Shown here: positions 53,276-63,425 of the stretch, piece after piece
Layout of the letters: every line of letters begins with the position of its first letter
Numbering within the stretch: position 1 is the first letter of the stretch
NCBI GenBank assembly: GCA_963828165.1
Contig: CAWHDR010000001.1
Location: forward strand, 1,664,001-1,728,000
From: an uncultured Chloroflexia bacterium
GTDB taxonomy: Bacteria > Chloroflexota > Limnocylindria > Limnocylindrales > CSP1-4
DNA: 64,000 nt
Direction of reading: 5' to 3'
Made by a program: the position numbers and the translations under genes
The notes under the pieces: model-generated
Told to the model about the DNA's origin: nothing
What the model saw: only the letters and a program-made list of their open reading frames with translations
The model's database searches: none

Positions 53276-55059
53276 CCCTCGTCGTCGGCACGGCCGGGCA
53301 TATCGATCACGGCAAGACGACGCTGCTGCGCGCGCTGACCGGCATCGACGCGGACCGGCTGCCCGAGGAGCGCCGGCGCGGGATGACCATCGATGTCGGC
53401 TACGCCCATCTCGACCTCCATGACGGGGCGTCGATCGACTTCGTCGACGTGCCTGGGCACGACAAGCTCGTCGGCAACATGCTCGTCGGCGCGGGTGAGG
53501 TCGATGTCGCGATGCTGATCGTGGCCGCCGATGATGGCCCGCGGGCGCAGACGTTCGAACACCTGGCATTGCTCGACGCGCTCGGCGTCGCGCCCGGCCT
53601 CGCCGTCATCACCAAGATCGATGCCGTCGAGCCGGAGCGGGTGGCAGCGGTCGCAGCGGCCGTGGCCGGCCTCCTCGCGCCGACGTCCCTTGCCGGCTCG
53701 CCGGTCCTGGCCGCGTCCGGCGTCACCGGGGAGGGCCTCGACGCGGTCCGTTCCGCGCTCGACGGACTGCGCGCGACTCACCGGCCCATCGCTCGTCCGC
53801 CGACGCTTGCGATCGATCGCGCGTTCTCGGTCAAGGGTCGCGGTGCCGTCGTGACCGGCACGCTCCGGGGCGGGCCGCTCGCGCCGGGCGACACGCTCCG
53901 TCTGGTGCCCGGCGAGCGCGAGGTGCGGGTCCGCGAGATCCAGGTCCACGGGACCGCCGTCGACGGCGTGGCTGGCGGCGGGCGCACCGCCCTGAACCTC
54001 GCCGGGATCGGGGTCGACGAGCTGCATCGTGGGATGGTGCTGACCGCTGACCCCCTGGTCGGGGCGACGGACCGGGCGCTCGTCACGTTCGGTGGGGCCG
54101 TCCGGGACCGGGCGCGCGCAAGGCTCCACGCCGGCACGGCCGCCGTGGATGCGACCGTCGGTCGCGCCGGGCGCGACGCCCTGGACTTCCCGGACGGGAC
54201 ATCCGGCGGGACGCTTCGCCTGGCCACGCCTGTTGCCCTTTCGGCCGGGGATCGTTTCGTGCTCCGGCGGGGTCCCGCGATGGTACCCATCGGCGGGGTC
54301 GTCCTCGACGTCGCGCCGCCGCGGGGGATCTCGCGACGGCGCCAGACGGTGGCACGCGTCGCGACGCTCAGGGCCAGAGTCCCGGACGCAACCGCGCGAC
54401 TCGAGCTCCACGGCGCCGTGTCCGAGGGCGGGCGGACGATCCTCGCTCCCGACGTGCGCGCCCTTGCCGTGGCCAGTGCCGTCGTCGCGGCCAAGGACGA
54501 GGCGAGTCTCGGGTCCGTTCGCACCGCCGTGGCCGAGACCCTGCGCCGCTCCGTCACGATCACGCGGGAACGAGCGGCCGAGGCGGCGACCCCGATCGTC
54601 GAGGATCTCGTGGCTGACGGACGCCTCGTTCGCGACGGCGACGTCATCCGGCGGCCCGGCGCGGTGGGACGGATCGCGGACCCGGGCCTTGTCGCGGCCA
54701 TGGACGCACTCGAGACGCTACTGGCGGTGCCCTCCCCGCCGCCACTCCGCGACGCGGCGCGGATCGCCGGCTGCCCGGCCGAGGGCGTCCGAGCTCTGGA
54801 GCGCGCGGCCCGGATCGTCGTCCTGGAGCCCGACCTCGCCTACGCGATGTCGACCTACCGCGACCTCGCTGCACGCGCGATCGCGATGGCCGCACGTGAA
54901 CCCCTGACGCCGGCCGCGTACCGCGACGCGACCGGGACGAGCCGCAAGTACGTGATGGCCATCCTCGAGGACCTCGATCGGCGAGCCATCCTGCGGCGGA
55001 CGCCGGATGGCCACGTGCCCGGCGCGAAGGCTCCCCGCCCGATACCGGCGGTCCCGTGA
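53272..55059 (+). CDS. selB: Selenocysteine-specific elongation factor
   Basis: GTAGHIDHGKT, RGMTID, DVPGH, TKID, C-terminal winged helix TSRKY. Confidence 0.95.
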   Translation: MTLVVGTAGHIDHGKTTLLRALTGIDADRLPEERRRGMTIDVGYAHLDLHDGASIDFVDVPGHDKLVGNMLVGAGEVDVAMLIVAADDGPRAQTFEHLALLDALGVAPGLAVITKIDAVEPERVAAVAAAVAGLLAPTSLAGSPVLAASGVTGEGLDAVRSALDGLRATHRPIARPPTLAIDRAFSVKGRGAVVTGTLRGGPLAPGDTLRLVPGEREVRVREIQVHGTAVDGVAGGGRTALNLAGIGVDELHRGMVLTADPLVGATDRALVTFGGAVRDRARARLHAGTAAVDATVGRAGRDALDFPDGTSGGTLRLATPVALSAGDRFVLRRGPAMVPIGGVVLDVAPPRGISRRRQTVARVATLRARVPDATARLELHGAVSEGGRTILAPDVRALAVASAVVAAKDEASLGSVRTAVAETLRRSVTITRERAAEAATPIVEDLVADGRLVRDGDVIRRPGAVGRIADPGLVAAMDALETLLAVPSPPPLRDAARIAGCPAEGVRALERAARIVVLEPDLAYAMSTYRDLAARAIAMAAREPLTPAAYRDATGTSRKYVMAILEDLDRRAILRRTPDGHVPGAKAPRPIPAVP

Positions 55060-56321
55060 CCGAGCGGATCGGGGGGATCGTGCTCGCCGGTGGCCGATCG
55101 GCGCGGTTCGGGCGCGACAAGCTTTCCGAGCCCCTGGACGGCCGTCCGCTGCTCCGCCATGCCATCGAAGCCGTCAGCGCCGTGGCGACCGACATCGTCG
55201 TCGTGGTCGCGCCCGGCGCGAACCTCCCCGTGCCATCGGGCGTCCGGGTCGCCCACGATCCCGTGGCGTTCCAGGGCCCGCTCGCCGGCCTAGCGGCAGG
55301 GCTCGCCGCCCTGGATCCGGCGGTCGATCGGGTGATCGTCGTCGCGGGCGACATGCCGAGCCTCGTCCCAGCCGTCCTGCGGCGGCTGCTCGACGTCGTG
55401 GCGACCGGGCGCGCGGCTGCCCTCCTTGATGTCGACGGCGATACCCCTCCGCTCCCGATGGCGCTCGGCCGCCGCCGCGCAGAGCCAGCGACACGCCGAC
55501 TCATCGAGGCGGGGGAGACGCGGTTGCGAGCCCTTCCATCGGCGCTCGATGCTGACGTCGTCCCGACGACCGTGTGGCGGTACGACGACCCCGTCGGCGC
55601 GACCTTCCGCGACGTGGACACGCCGGCGGATCTGCCGCTCGACACCCCATGGACGGCGATCGTGCGGCGATTCGCGGACCGCATCGTCGACCTGTCACCT
55701 GGGCATCGGATCATCGTGGCCATCGATGGCGTCGATGGCGCTGGCAAGACGACGCTCGCCAATGCGCTGGCCGTGCCCGTCGCTGGACGTCGGCCGGTCG
55801 TCCGGGCATCGATCGACGATTTCCACCGGCCTGCCGCCGAACGGTGGGCACGTGGCCGAGAGTCAGCCGAGGGGTTCTTTCGCGACAGCTTCGACTACGA
55901 CGGGCTGGCCAGGGTCCTGCTCGACCCGTTCCGCGCAGGGGGCGAGATCCTGGTCGCGATCCACGACGTCGTGGCCGACACCACGCGCAACGTCTCGGGG
56001 GGCGTCCCAGCTCCCGACGCCGTGCTCATCCTGGACGGGATCTTCCTGCATCGGGCGGAGCTCGTCGATCGATGGGACCTATCCATCTACCTCGACGTGG
56101 ACTTCCCGGTTTCGATCCCGCGCGGCGCCCAGCGAGGCTTCGGTGACCCGGATCCAGCGGCGCCCTCGAACCACCGGTATGTCGAGGGGCAGCGCATCTA
56201 TCTCGCGGAAGCCGATCCCGCCTCTCGCGCCACGATCCTGGTCGATAGCACGGACATCGACCAGCCACGGATCATCAAGTACGGTGGTCGAGAACACGAC
56301 CCGCGCAAGGGGATGCCATGA
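55056..56321 (+). CDS. mobA: Molybdenum cofactor guanylyltransferase fused to a uridine-kinase-like P-loop domain
   Basis: VLAGGRSARFGRDK, GPLAG, AGDMP, DVDTPAD; then AIDGVDGAGKTT, SIDDFH, LDGIFLHR. Confidence 0.85.
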   Translation: MTERIGGIVLAGGRSARFGRDKLSEPLDGRPLLRHAIEAVSAVATDIVVVVAPGANLPVPSGVRVAHDPVAFQGPLAGLAAGLAALDPAVDRVIVVAGDMPSLVPAVLRRLLDVVATGRAAALLDVDGDTPPLPMALGRRRAEPATRRLIEAGETRLRALPSALDADVVPTTVWRYDDPVGATFRDVDTPADLPLDTPWTAIVRRFADRIVDLSPGHRIIVAIDGVDGAGKTTLANALAVPVAGRRPVVRASIDDFHRPAAERWARGRESAEGFFRDSFDYDGLARVLLDPFRAGGEILVAIHDVVADTTRNVSGGVPAPDAVLILDGIFLHRAELVDRWDLSIYLDVDFPVSIPRGAQRGFGDPDPAAPSNHRYVEGQRIYLAEADPASRATILVDSTDIDQPRIIKYGGREHDPRKGMP

Positions 56322-56605
56322 CGACGACTCCTGACGACGATCTCCGAGCCCGAGCCGAGGCTCGCGTCAAGGCTCGAGAGGACTTCAGGGTCCATCTCCT
56401 GATCTACCTGCTCGTGAACGGCATGCTGTGGTTCATCTGGTTCACGACGGATCGTTCCGGGGGCGTGCCGTGGCCCGCCTTCGCGTCGATCGGTTGGGGG
56501 ATCGGGCTCGTTGCGCACTGGTGGACGGTCTACGGCGTGAGCGACGCCCGCCGCGAAGCCGAGATCCAGAAGGAGATGCGCCGCCTGCGCGGCGATCCCG
56601 ACTGA
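56318..56605 (+). CDS. 2TM domain membrane protein
   Basis: FRVHLLIYLLVN..W...GWGIGLVAH pattern; ATGA overlap. Confidence 0.85.
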   Translation: MTTTPDDDLRARAEARVKAREDFRVHLLIYLLVNGMLWFIWFTTDRSGGVPWPAFASIGWGIGLVAHWWTVYGVSDARREAEIQKEMRRLRGDPD

Positions 56606-56622
56606 TCCTCCCGACGGCAGAC

Positions 56623-56663
56623 ACACGACGACCCCTGGCGGAGGAACCAGGGGCCGTTCGTGT
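56623..56663. terminator. Hairpin between convergent genes
   Basis: CACGACG-A-CCCCTGG-N8-CCAGGGG-C-CGTTCGTG. Confidence 0.6.
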
Positions 56664-56701
56664 ATGGGAGGGAGGTCGGACGGAACCGAGGGGAGGATGC
56701 C

Positions 56702-56911
56702 TCAGCTCCGGTACGGGTAGTCCTCGAGTGTCGGGAGGATCGACCGGCTGTAGTCGGCGGGGCCATCGATGGCCGCCTTGACCGAGGATGCAGCGGAGGC
56801 GATCCGCTCGAACAGTCCACGCTTCTCGACGTCGTGCACGCGGCGAGCCGCGGCCTCGTCGAGCAAGAGCTGGATGTGGTCCGTGGCCATGAGGATCGAG
56901 TAGGAATTCAT
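56702..56911 (-). CDS. Small hypothetical protein (69 aa)
   Basis: Strong AAAGGAG RBS, ends PTLEDYPYRS, followed by hairpin. Confidence 0.7.
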   Translation of the reverse strand: MNSYSILMATDHIQLLLDEAAARRVHDVEKRGLFERIASAASSVKAAIDGPADYSRSILPTLEDYPYRS

Positions 56912-57174
56912 TGCTTGATCGCTCCTTTCTGCGTCCGGTCTGTCCGGTGCGCAAATGGAGCATCGCTTCGGCCGGCGTCAGCCACCACCGACGTCCGATG
57001 CCTTCTCGACATCGTCATCCGTCCACCCTGCTGCCTTGCGCGCCGCATGGGCGGTGCCGGCGAAGGCGCCGGGGAGCACGAGAGCGAGCGTGCCCGCAGG
57101 CACGTGAGCGATCGCGCGGACCCAGCAACGCGCGCCGCGCCGTTCAGGTGGTGCGCCGAAGTGGCCGTTGCGGG

Positions 57175-58833
57175 CTAGCCGTCGAGGGCCGCATCCTCGT
57201 ACACAGGTGCGCCGTCCACGAACGTGGCGAGCACGCGCGCCTCGCCGATGGCGCCAGCGCCACGATCGAAGAGATCGCGATCCAGGATCGCCAGGTCGGC
57301 CGCCTTCCCGACCTCGAGCGTGCCGGTCTCGGCATCGAGATGGTTGACGTAAGCCGAGCCCACCGTGAAGGCCGCCAGTGCGTCGATGAGCTCAAGGCGT
57401 TGCTCGGGGAGAAAGGCGTCGCGTCCGACGAACTGTTCGCGATGCTGCCGCTCGACGGCGACCTCCATCTCGATGAGGGGGTTCGCCGTGGAGACGCTCC
57501 AGTCGGATCCCATCGCCAGGACGGCACCGGCCGCTCGAAGCCCACGGAACGGGTATTGCGTCCGCCAGCGCTCACCGATGAACGGGATCGTGAGCACGTC
57601 CATCTGGTCGTCGTGAGCTGCCCACAACGGCTGGGCGTTGGCGACGACGGCGAGTTCCCGGAAGCGAGCCAGGTCGTCCGGGTGGATGACCTGGATATGG
57701 GCGATGTGTGGTCGCGTGTCGGATTCGCCGTTCGCCGTGCGCGCTGCGGCGACCGCATCGAGCGACTCCCGCACGGCGCGATCGCCGATCGCATGGAAGT
57801 GGGGCTGGAACCCCAGCGCGTCGAGCTGGGGGACCCAGCTCTGCAGGCCGACCGGATCGATCTGGCTGAGACCGCGGTTGTCGGTCACGCCGCCGTGACC
57901 GTCGCCGTAGGGCTCGATCATGGCACCCGTGAAGTTCTCGAGGACCCCGTCCATCATCAGCTTCACGCTGGTCGCCTGGTAGCGCCCGATCGAAGTGGCG
58001 CGACGACGTTCGACGAACTCCTCGATCTGCTCGGCACCTCGATGGCGCTCCCACCACATGGCCCCCACGACGCGACCCGTGAGCTCGCCTCGCGATGCGA
58101 GCGCGACGTAGGCGCGCTCTTCCGACTCGGGGCGGATGATCGCGTCCTGCCAGGCCGTGATCCCGAGGGAGTGCAGGTAGGCCTGCCCACGGCGCAGCGC
58201 TTCCTCGAGCTCGGCGGTCGTGTCGTCCGGGATGTGCCGATCGACCAGGTCCATGGCGCCTTCCTGGAGCGTGCCGCTTGGCGACCCGCCCGCCCCGCGC
58301 TCGATCCGGCCGTCGCTCGGATCGGCGGTCGCGGCCGTCACCCCCGCGAGCTCGAGGGCCCGGGTGTTCACCCAGGCGCTGTGGCCGTCGCGGCTGGTCA
58401 GGAACGCCGGACGGTCGGGCAGGATGCGGTCGAGATCCTCGCGCTTCGGTGTCCCGCCTTCGAACGCGGCCATGTACCAGCCGCTCCCACGGATCCAGTC
58501 CTCGTCCGGATGCGATCGCGCGTACGAATCGATGACCTCGAGGTAGTCCTCGGCCACGAGCGAGTCGTGGAGGTTGCATCGGAGCAGGCCCATGCCGCCA
58601 TGGACCGGATGGACATGGGCATCCTGGAACCCCGGGGTCACCGTGCGCCCGCGGAGCCCGATGACACGCGTCGATCCGCCGACGAACGACGCGATCTCGC
58701 GATCCGTGCCCACCGCCACGATCCGGCCGTCCCGGACGGCCAGGGCGCCGGCCCAACTGCGCGCGGCGTCCATCGTCGCGATCCGCCCGCCGGTGAGGAC
58801 GAGGTCGGCGAGTGGCTGGGGCGTCGCGGACAC
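57175..58833 (-). CDS. Amidohydrolase 3 family (YtcJ-like)
   Basis: PGFQDAHVH, DGHSAWVN, HAIGDRA, HIAHIQ, GSDW, GKAADL; GGAGG RBS. Confidence 0.92.
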   Translation of the reverse strand: MSATPQPLADLVLTGGRIATMDAARSWAGALAVRDGRIVAVGTDREIASFVGGSTRVIGLRGRTVTPGFQDAHVHPVHGGMGLLRCNLHDSLVAEDYLEVIDSYARSHPDEDWIRGSGWYMAAFEGGTPKREDLDRILPDRPAFLTSRDGHSAWVNTRALELAGVTAATADPSDGRIERGAGGSPSGTLQEGAMDLVDRHIPDDTTAELEEALRRGQAYLHSLGITAWQDAIIRPESEERAYVALASRGELTGRVVGAMWWERHRGAEQIEEFVERRRATSIGRYQATSVKLMMDGVLENFTGAMIEPYGDGHGGVTDNRGLSQIDPVGLQSWVPQLDALGFQPHFHAIGDRAVRESLDAVAAARTANGESDTRPHIAHIQVIHPDDLARFRELAVVANAQPLWAAHDDQMDVLTIPFIGERWRTQYPFRGLRAAGAVLAMGSDWSVSTANPLIEMEVAVERQHREQFVGRDAFLPEQRLELIDALAAFTVGSAYVNHLDAETGTLEVGKAADLAILDRDLFDRGAGAIGEARVLATFVDGAPVYEDAALDG

Positions 58834-58995
58834 GGCGGCCTCCGGATCGGGGTTCGGACCGGCGGAGTGTGCCAGCGCCGTCGTGTACCTGCGCGGTCAT
58901 CCCGTCCGGCGCGACATGGTCCCGATCGCGTCATGAAGCCATGCCGCGATACCAGTCCGCGCGGTGCCGACGTCCGGGCCTACACTGCCGCCCGA

Positions 58996-59544
58996 ATGAC
59001 CTCCGTCCACCTGCTCCACACCGGCTATATCGGCCCCCACACGGCCTCGACGGTGGTGCTGGTCCGTGACGGCGACGCGCTGATCGTCGCGGACCCAGGC
59101 ATGGTCGCGCAGCGCTCCCTGATCCTCGACCCGCTGGCAGCGCTGGGCGTCGAACCAGCGGACGTGACGCACGTCTCGCTCTCGCACCACCACCCGGACC
59201 ACACGATGAACGTTGCGCTGTTTCCCAACGCCGAAGTGGTCGACTTCTGGGCTCGCTACCGCGACGACCTGTGGCTCGATCACGACGGCGACGGCTACCA
59301 CCTCGCACCGAATACCCAGCTCTGGCTGACGCCGGGCCACTCCGAGGAGGACATCACACTCCTCGTCGAGGCCGATGACGCCGTCTACGCGATGACGCAC
59401 CTGTGGTGGGGCGCCGACCGGACGCCCGAGATCGACCCATTCGCCTCCGATCAGGCGGCGCTCGAGCGCGGACGCGAGCGGGTTCTTGCGGCTGCCGACG
59501 TCGTCATCCCGGGTCATGGGGGCCCGTTCCGCGTCCGCGACTGA
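58996..59544 (+). CDS. Metallo-beta-lactamase fold hydrolase
   Basis: SHHHPDH, TPGHS, IPGHG. Confidence 0.9.
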   Translation: MTSVHLLHTGYIGPHTASTVVLVRDGDALIVADPGMVAQRSLILDPLAALGVEPADVTHVSLSHHHPDHTMNVALFPNAEVVDFWARYRDDLWLDHDGDGYHLAPNTQLWLTPGHSEEDITLLVEADDAVYAMTHLWWGADRTPEIDPFASDQAALERGRERVLAAADVVIPGHGGPFRVRD

Positions 59545-59622
59545 CGGAACCGGGCCCGACGAGCCCGCGTCGAAGGACACCAGCCAGCCGTTCATGTCCG
59601 CTTCGTTGGAGACCACGCCCCA

Positions 59623-60120
59623 ATGACTGTCCGATTCTCCGGCCGACCCTTGGTCGCCGTCGTCCTGGCCGCCCTGCTGCCGCCGATCCTCGTCGGATGC
59701 GGCGGTGCCGTCACCTCACCACCCCCGAGTCTTTCCGCCAGCCCGACGGCGCCTTCGGCACCAGCGCCCAGCACCGGAGGCGGGGCCCTCATCGACACGG
59801 ACGCTCTGATGGCTGCAGCCGCCGACAGGGATGGCCAAGTGGTGCGCGTAGCGGGGTTCTTCCTCGCGACCGGCGATACCGCCCAACTGTGCTCGATCGT
59901 GATGGAATCCTATCCGCCACAATGCGGGGGCGCCACGATCCGTCTCACCGGCCAGGTGCCGGCCGACGTGCTGGATGGCCTCGACCGGACCACCGAGCCC
60001 GGGCTGACCCAGGCTACCTGGGGTTGGGTCAACGTCACCGGCACGTTCCGTGCTTCCGGATCGGACGGGCGCCCCGTCCTCGAGATCGCGCAGGTCGAGC
60101 TCGACGACAGCGGGGCATGA
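59623..60120 (+). CDS. Hypothetical lipoprotein
   Basis: Lipobox LVGC, Pro/Ser linker, LC..ESYPPQC motif. Confidence 0.75.
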   Translation: MTVRFSGRPLVAVVLAALLPPILVGCGGAVTSPPPSLSASPTAPSAPAPSTGGGALIDTDALMAAAADRDGQVVRVAGFFLATGDTAQLCSIVMESYPPQCGGATIRLTGQVPADVLDGLDRTTEPGLTQATWGWVNVTGTFRASGSDGRPVLEIAQVELDDSGA

Positions 60121-60135
60121 GTCCCGGAGCCCTGC

Positions 60136-60903
60136 CTACGAATGCGGCCGACGGGCCACGATGTTGAGGCGGACGTAGTCGATCACGGGCTCCCCGACGC
60201 CCTCGGCCACGGCGCGGACGAAGGCGTCGTGCGAGCTGGGCGGCAGCCGCTCGAGATGGGCGCCCAGGACGACGGTCCGCAGGTACGTCTCGAACGGCTC
60301 ACCGGGCTCGAAGCGTGTGGGCTCGTCGGTCAGCCAGCACTCGACCGCGTGAAAGCCTGCCGCATCCAGTCGCGCCATCGTCGCCGCGGGCGTCTCGAAA
60401 TGGACGGCGCCCAGCCAGCCGTCGCCGATCCTGGCCAGCACCCGCTGGATCGATGCGATGTTGCCGAAGCCGCCGCACTGGGCGACGAGCCGAGCGCCGG
60501 GAGCCATCACCGCGGCGAGATTCGCGAACAGCGCATCGTGATCGGGCACCCAGTGGAAGGTCGCGGTCGATAGGACCGCGTCGACCAGACCCTCGATCGG
60601 GAGCGGCGCGCCGAGGTCTGCGACGACGTACTCGATCCGATCGCCGAAGCGACCAAGGCGGCCACGCGCCGCCTCGACCATCGACGCGGAGCCATCCAGC
60701 GCGACGACCCGACCACGCGGTAGCCGGTCGGCCAGCTGTTCGGTGACGCGTCCGCTCCCACAACCGGCGTCGAGGACACGTTCGTCGCCACGAAGCGGGA
60801 GGCGGTCCAGGACGGTGGCGCCCCAGCGGGTCATGGGATCGGCGACCCGGTCGTAGGTCCGGGCGTCCCAGTCGCGCGACACGGATCGTCCGCCGGCCGT
60901 CAT
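60136..60903 (-). CDS. Class I SAM methyltransferase (trans-aconitate methyltransferase-like)
   Basis: VLDAGCGSG, STATFHWV, DYVRLN; ATGA overlap with MFS gene. Confidence 0.88.
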   Translation of the reverse strand: MTAGGRSVSRDWDARTYDRVADPMTRWGATVLDRLPLRGDERVLDAGCGSGRVTEQLADRLPRGRVVALDGSASMVEAARGRLGRFGDRIEYVVADLGAPLPIEGLVDAVLSTATFHWVPDHDALFANLAAVMAPGARLVAQCGGFGNIASIQRVLARIGDGWLGAVHFETPAATMARLDAAGFHAVECWLTDEPTRFEPGEPFETYLRTVVLGAHLERLPPSSHDAFVRAVAEGVGEPVIDYVRLNIVARRPHS

Positions 60904-62483
60904 GCTGCCGCGGCCGGCGTCGTGGCTGCGTCCGTCGCCCGACCGATCGTTTCGTCCCGCAGCCCGTACGCCGACACGCCGGCGCCGATCACGAGCAGCC
61001 CGGTCCCGACCAGCATCGCCTGGTGGAACGCTTCTACGGAGGCCTCTCGGGAGGCCTGGACCTGTTCCGCTGATGGATCGCCCCTTGGCGGGTTCAGCGG
61101 CGAGAACGAGGAGCGGACCTGGGGAGATCTTCCATCCAGCTCTGGCGCGAGCGTCGACAGGGTGGAGTAGAACGTCGCGCTGATCGCGAGGAAGACGACG
61201 GCGCCGAGCAGCGGCTGACCGACGCGCGCGATGGCGTTGTTGATCGCCGAGGCGAGCCCCGAGTAGCGCTCGGAGACCGAGCCCATCAGCGATGTCGTCA
61301 GGGGAGCGACGATACACGAGATGCCGAGGCCGAACAGGAGGATCGACGGGAGGACGTCGACGAGCAGGTCGACCGGCGGGATCAGGGTCGCCGGGTCTGC
61401 GACCGAGGCCAACCATGGGTCGGAATCCACCGGGATGCGGGCGAACCACAGGAGCGCACCGGCCATGAGCAGGGGTCCGACGACGAGGAATGGCCGTGCG
61501 CCGAACCTTCCGGCCAGCGCTCCGAAGCGGGTCGAGAGGAGCGTCAGGCAGATCCCCACCGGGATGCCCACGGCACCCGCCGCCAGGGCGGTATAGCCCA
61601 GCACGTTCTGAAGCAGGATGCCCTGGTAGCTGAACGTGACGTAGAGGGCGCCGTAGATGAAGAACGTGGCGAGATTGATCGTCGTGAAGGTGCGGGAACG
61701 GAACAGGGACAGCGGCACGAGCGGATCGCGGCGCCTCGCCATCAGGATCGGGAATACGATCAGCGAGACGGCCCCGACCGCGATCGAGATCCACGCCAGG
61801 CTGTCCTGCCAGTCGTGCTCGGCGCCGCGGACGAGGCCGAACGACAGGCCGCCGACCGCGAGCGCGGCCACCGCGGATCCGAGCCAGTCGAACCGTCGGG
61901 CCTTCGTGTCCCGCGATTCCTCGACGTGCCGGAAGACCACCCACAGGGCCACGGCGAGGACCGGGACGTTGATCAGGAACACGATCCGCCACCCGACGGT
62001 GTCGACGAGCAGCCCACCCACCAGCGGCCCCAGCAAGCCCAGCGCCGACGTGGCCGAGGCCCAGATGCCGAATGCCCGGCCACGTTCGACACCGGCGCCG
62101 AAGGTCTGGGTGATGATCGACAGGGCTCCGGGCACGAGGAACGCGCCGGCCGCTCCCTGGAGCAGCCGGAAGAGCACGAGCCACTCGAGCGTCGGCGCGA
62201 AGCCGCATAGCGCCGAGGTCGCCGCGAAACTCGCGAGTCCGAAGGCGTAGACCCGGCGCCGGCCGTAGTGATCGGACAGCGAGCCGGCCAGGATCAGCAG
62301 GGCGGCCAGGACCGCGAGGTACCCGCTCACGATGTAGGTCTGGCCCTCGAGGACGCCGAACACGGTCGAGGGCAGCTCGCGCCCGATGCTCGGCAGCGCG
62401 AGGTTCACGACGGTGCCGTCGAGGAACACCGATCCGGACCCGATGATGGTCGCGAGGAGGGTCCAGCGCTGGCGCGTCGTCAT
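60900..62483 (-). CDS. MFS drug:H+ antiporter (DHA2, 14-TM)
   Basis: LDGTVVNLALP, GSLSDHYGRRR, WRIVFLINVP. Confidence 0.92.
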   Translation of the reverse strand: MTTRQRWTLLATIIGSGSVFLDGTVVNLALPSIGRELPSTVFGVLEGQTYIVSGYLAVLAALLILAGSLSDHYGRRRVYAFGLASFAATSALCGFAPTLEWLVLFRLLQGAAGAFLVPGALSIITQTFGAGVERGRAFGIWASATSALGLLGPLVGGLLVDTVGWRIVFLINVPVLAVALWVVFRHVEESRDTKARRFDWLGSAVAALAVGGLSFGLVRGAEHDWQDSLAWISIAVGAVSLIVFPILMARRRDPLVPLSLFRSRTFTTINLATFFIYGALYVTFSYQGILLQNVLGYTALAAGAVGIPVGICLTLLSTRFGALAGRFGARPFLVVGPLLMAGALLWFARIPVDSDPWLASVADPATLIPPVDLLVDVLPSILLFGLGISCIVAPLTTSLMGSVSERYSGLASAINNAIARVGQPLLGAVVFLAISATFYSTLSTLAPELDGRSPQVRSSFSPLNPPRGDPSAEQVQASREASVEAFHQAMLVGTGLLVIGAGVSAYGLRDETIGRATDAATTPAAAA

Positions 62484-62514
62484 GTTGGCAGTCTCGCAGA
62501 TAGACTCTCGCGGT

Positions 62515-63222
62515 ATGCCCGGACCCGTGGCGCTGGTAGGCGCCGGTGAGTTCCTTCCGGCCATGGCCGATGTCGACGCGGGTCTCCTGGCGTCGACCGG
62601 CGTGGCCCGCCCGCGCGTCGTCGTGATGCCGACGGCGTCATTTCCCGACGGTGAGGACGTGTTCGAGCGGTGGGCGTCGATGGGGGTGGCGCATTTCGCC
62701 GGGCTCGGGGCCGAGGTCGAACCGGTCCTCGTCCGTCATCGCGCCGACGCGGATGATCCCGCGGCCGCCCAGGCGCTCGGCGAGGCGGACTTGATCTACC
62801 TCTCGGGTGGCAAGCCCGGATACCTGCGTCGCGCGCTGGAAGGAACGGCCGTCGGGGCCGCTCTGCTGGCCGCCCACGAGCGAGGCGCCGTGCTGGCGGG
62901 CTGTTCGGCAGGGGCCATGATCCTCGCCGGCCACGCCTTCGAGTTCAGGGTCCGCGTCATGCCGTGGCCGTTGCGGTGGGCGCAGGGACTCGGTTTCGCG
63001 CCGGGCGTCTCCGTCGTGCCGCATTACGACGCGTGGCCGGAGCCGCTGTCGGCGCTGATCGCCTTCCAGGCACCGCGCGGTTCGGTCGTGCTGGGCATCG
63101 ACGAGGAAACGGCGGTCGTGGGTCGCGACGGGTCGTGGCAGGTCCACGGTGCGGCCCGGGTCACGGTCTGGCGGGGCCGCCACCGAGAGCGATTCCGCGC
63201 CGGCGACACGTTCCGGATCTAG
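62515..63222 (+). CDS. Peptidase S51 / cyanophycinase-like protein
   Basis: MPTAS, YLSGG, GCSAGA nucleophile, PHYD, GIDEET. Confidence 0.85.
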   Translation: MPGPVALVGAGEFLPAMADVDAGLLASTGVARPRVVVMPTASFPDGEDVFERWASMGVAHFAGLGAEVEPVLVRHRADADDPAAAQALGEADLIYLSGGKPGYLRRALEGTAVGAALLAAHERGAVLAGCSAGAMILAGHAFEFRVRVMPWPLRWAQGLGFAPGVSVVPHYDAWPEPLSALIAFQAPRGSVVLGIDEETAVVGRDGSWQVHGAARVTVWRGRHRERFRAGDTFRI

Positions 63223-63235
63223 CGCCGGGATCTCG

Positions 63236-63400
63236 GCCGCCTCCCGCCGCTGGCGTGGATCCAGGAGCGTTCCAACCGACCCGCGGGTCGCGGTTCCGGT
63301 GCCGATCGGGGGCGTCTGGCGTTTCCGGATGACGCCGGAACGAACCCATTTCGAGCGTTCCGCCACCGGTTGGAACGCGGATGGCGCCAAGCGGGCGGTC
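63236..63400. repeat. Long nested imperfect palindrome in convergent intergenic region
   Basis: Perfect 12-bp arms GCGTTCCAACCG (63267-78) / CGGTTGGAACGC (63367-78), inner GTTCCGG/CCGGAAC, weaker outer arms. Confidence 0.65.
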
Positions 63401-63425
63401 GGCCGCCACCGGCCTCGGCCAGGCG

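Noticed and set aside
56911-59544. 877-aa ORF as a large MBL fusion
   Set aside because: Only 58996-59544 is MBL; the rest is antisense to the amidohydrolase
60136-62208. 690-aa methyltransferase
   Set aside because: Upstream part is an off-frame overlap of the MFS gene; real start is 60903
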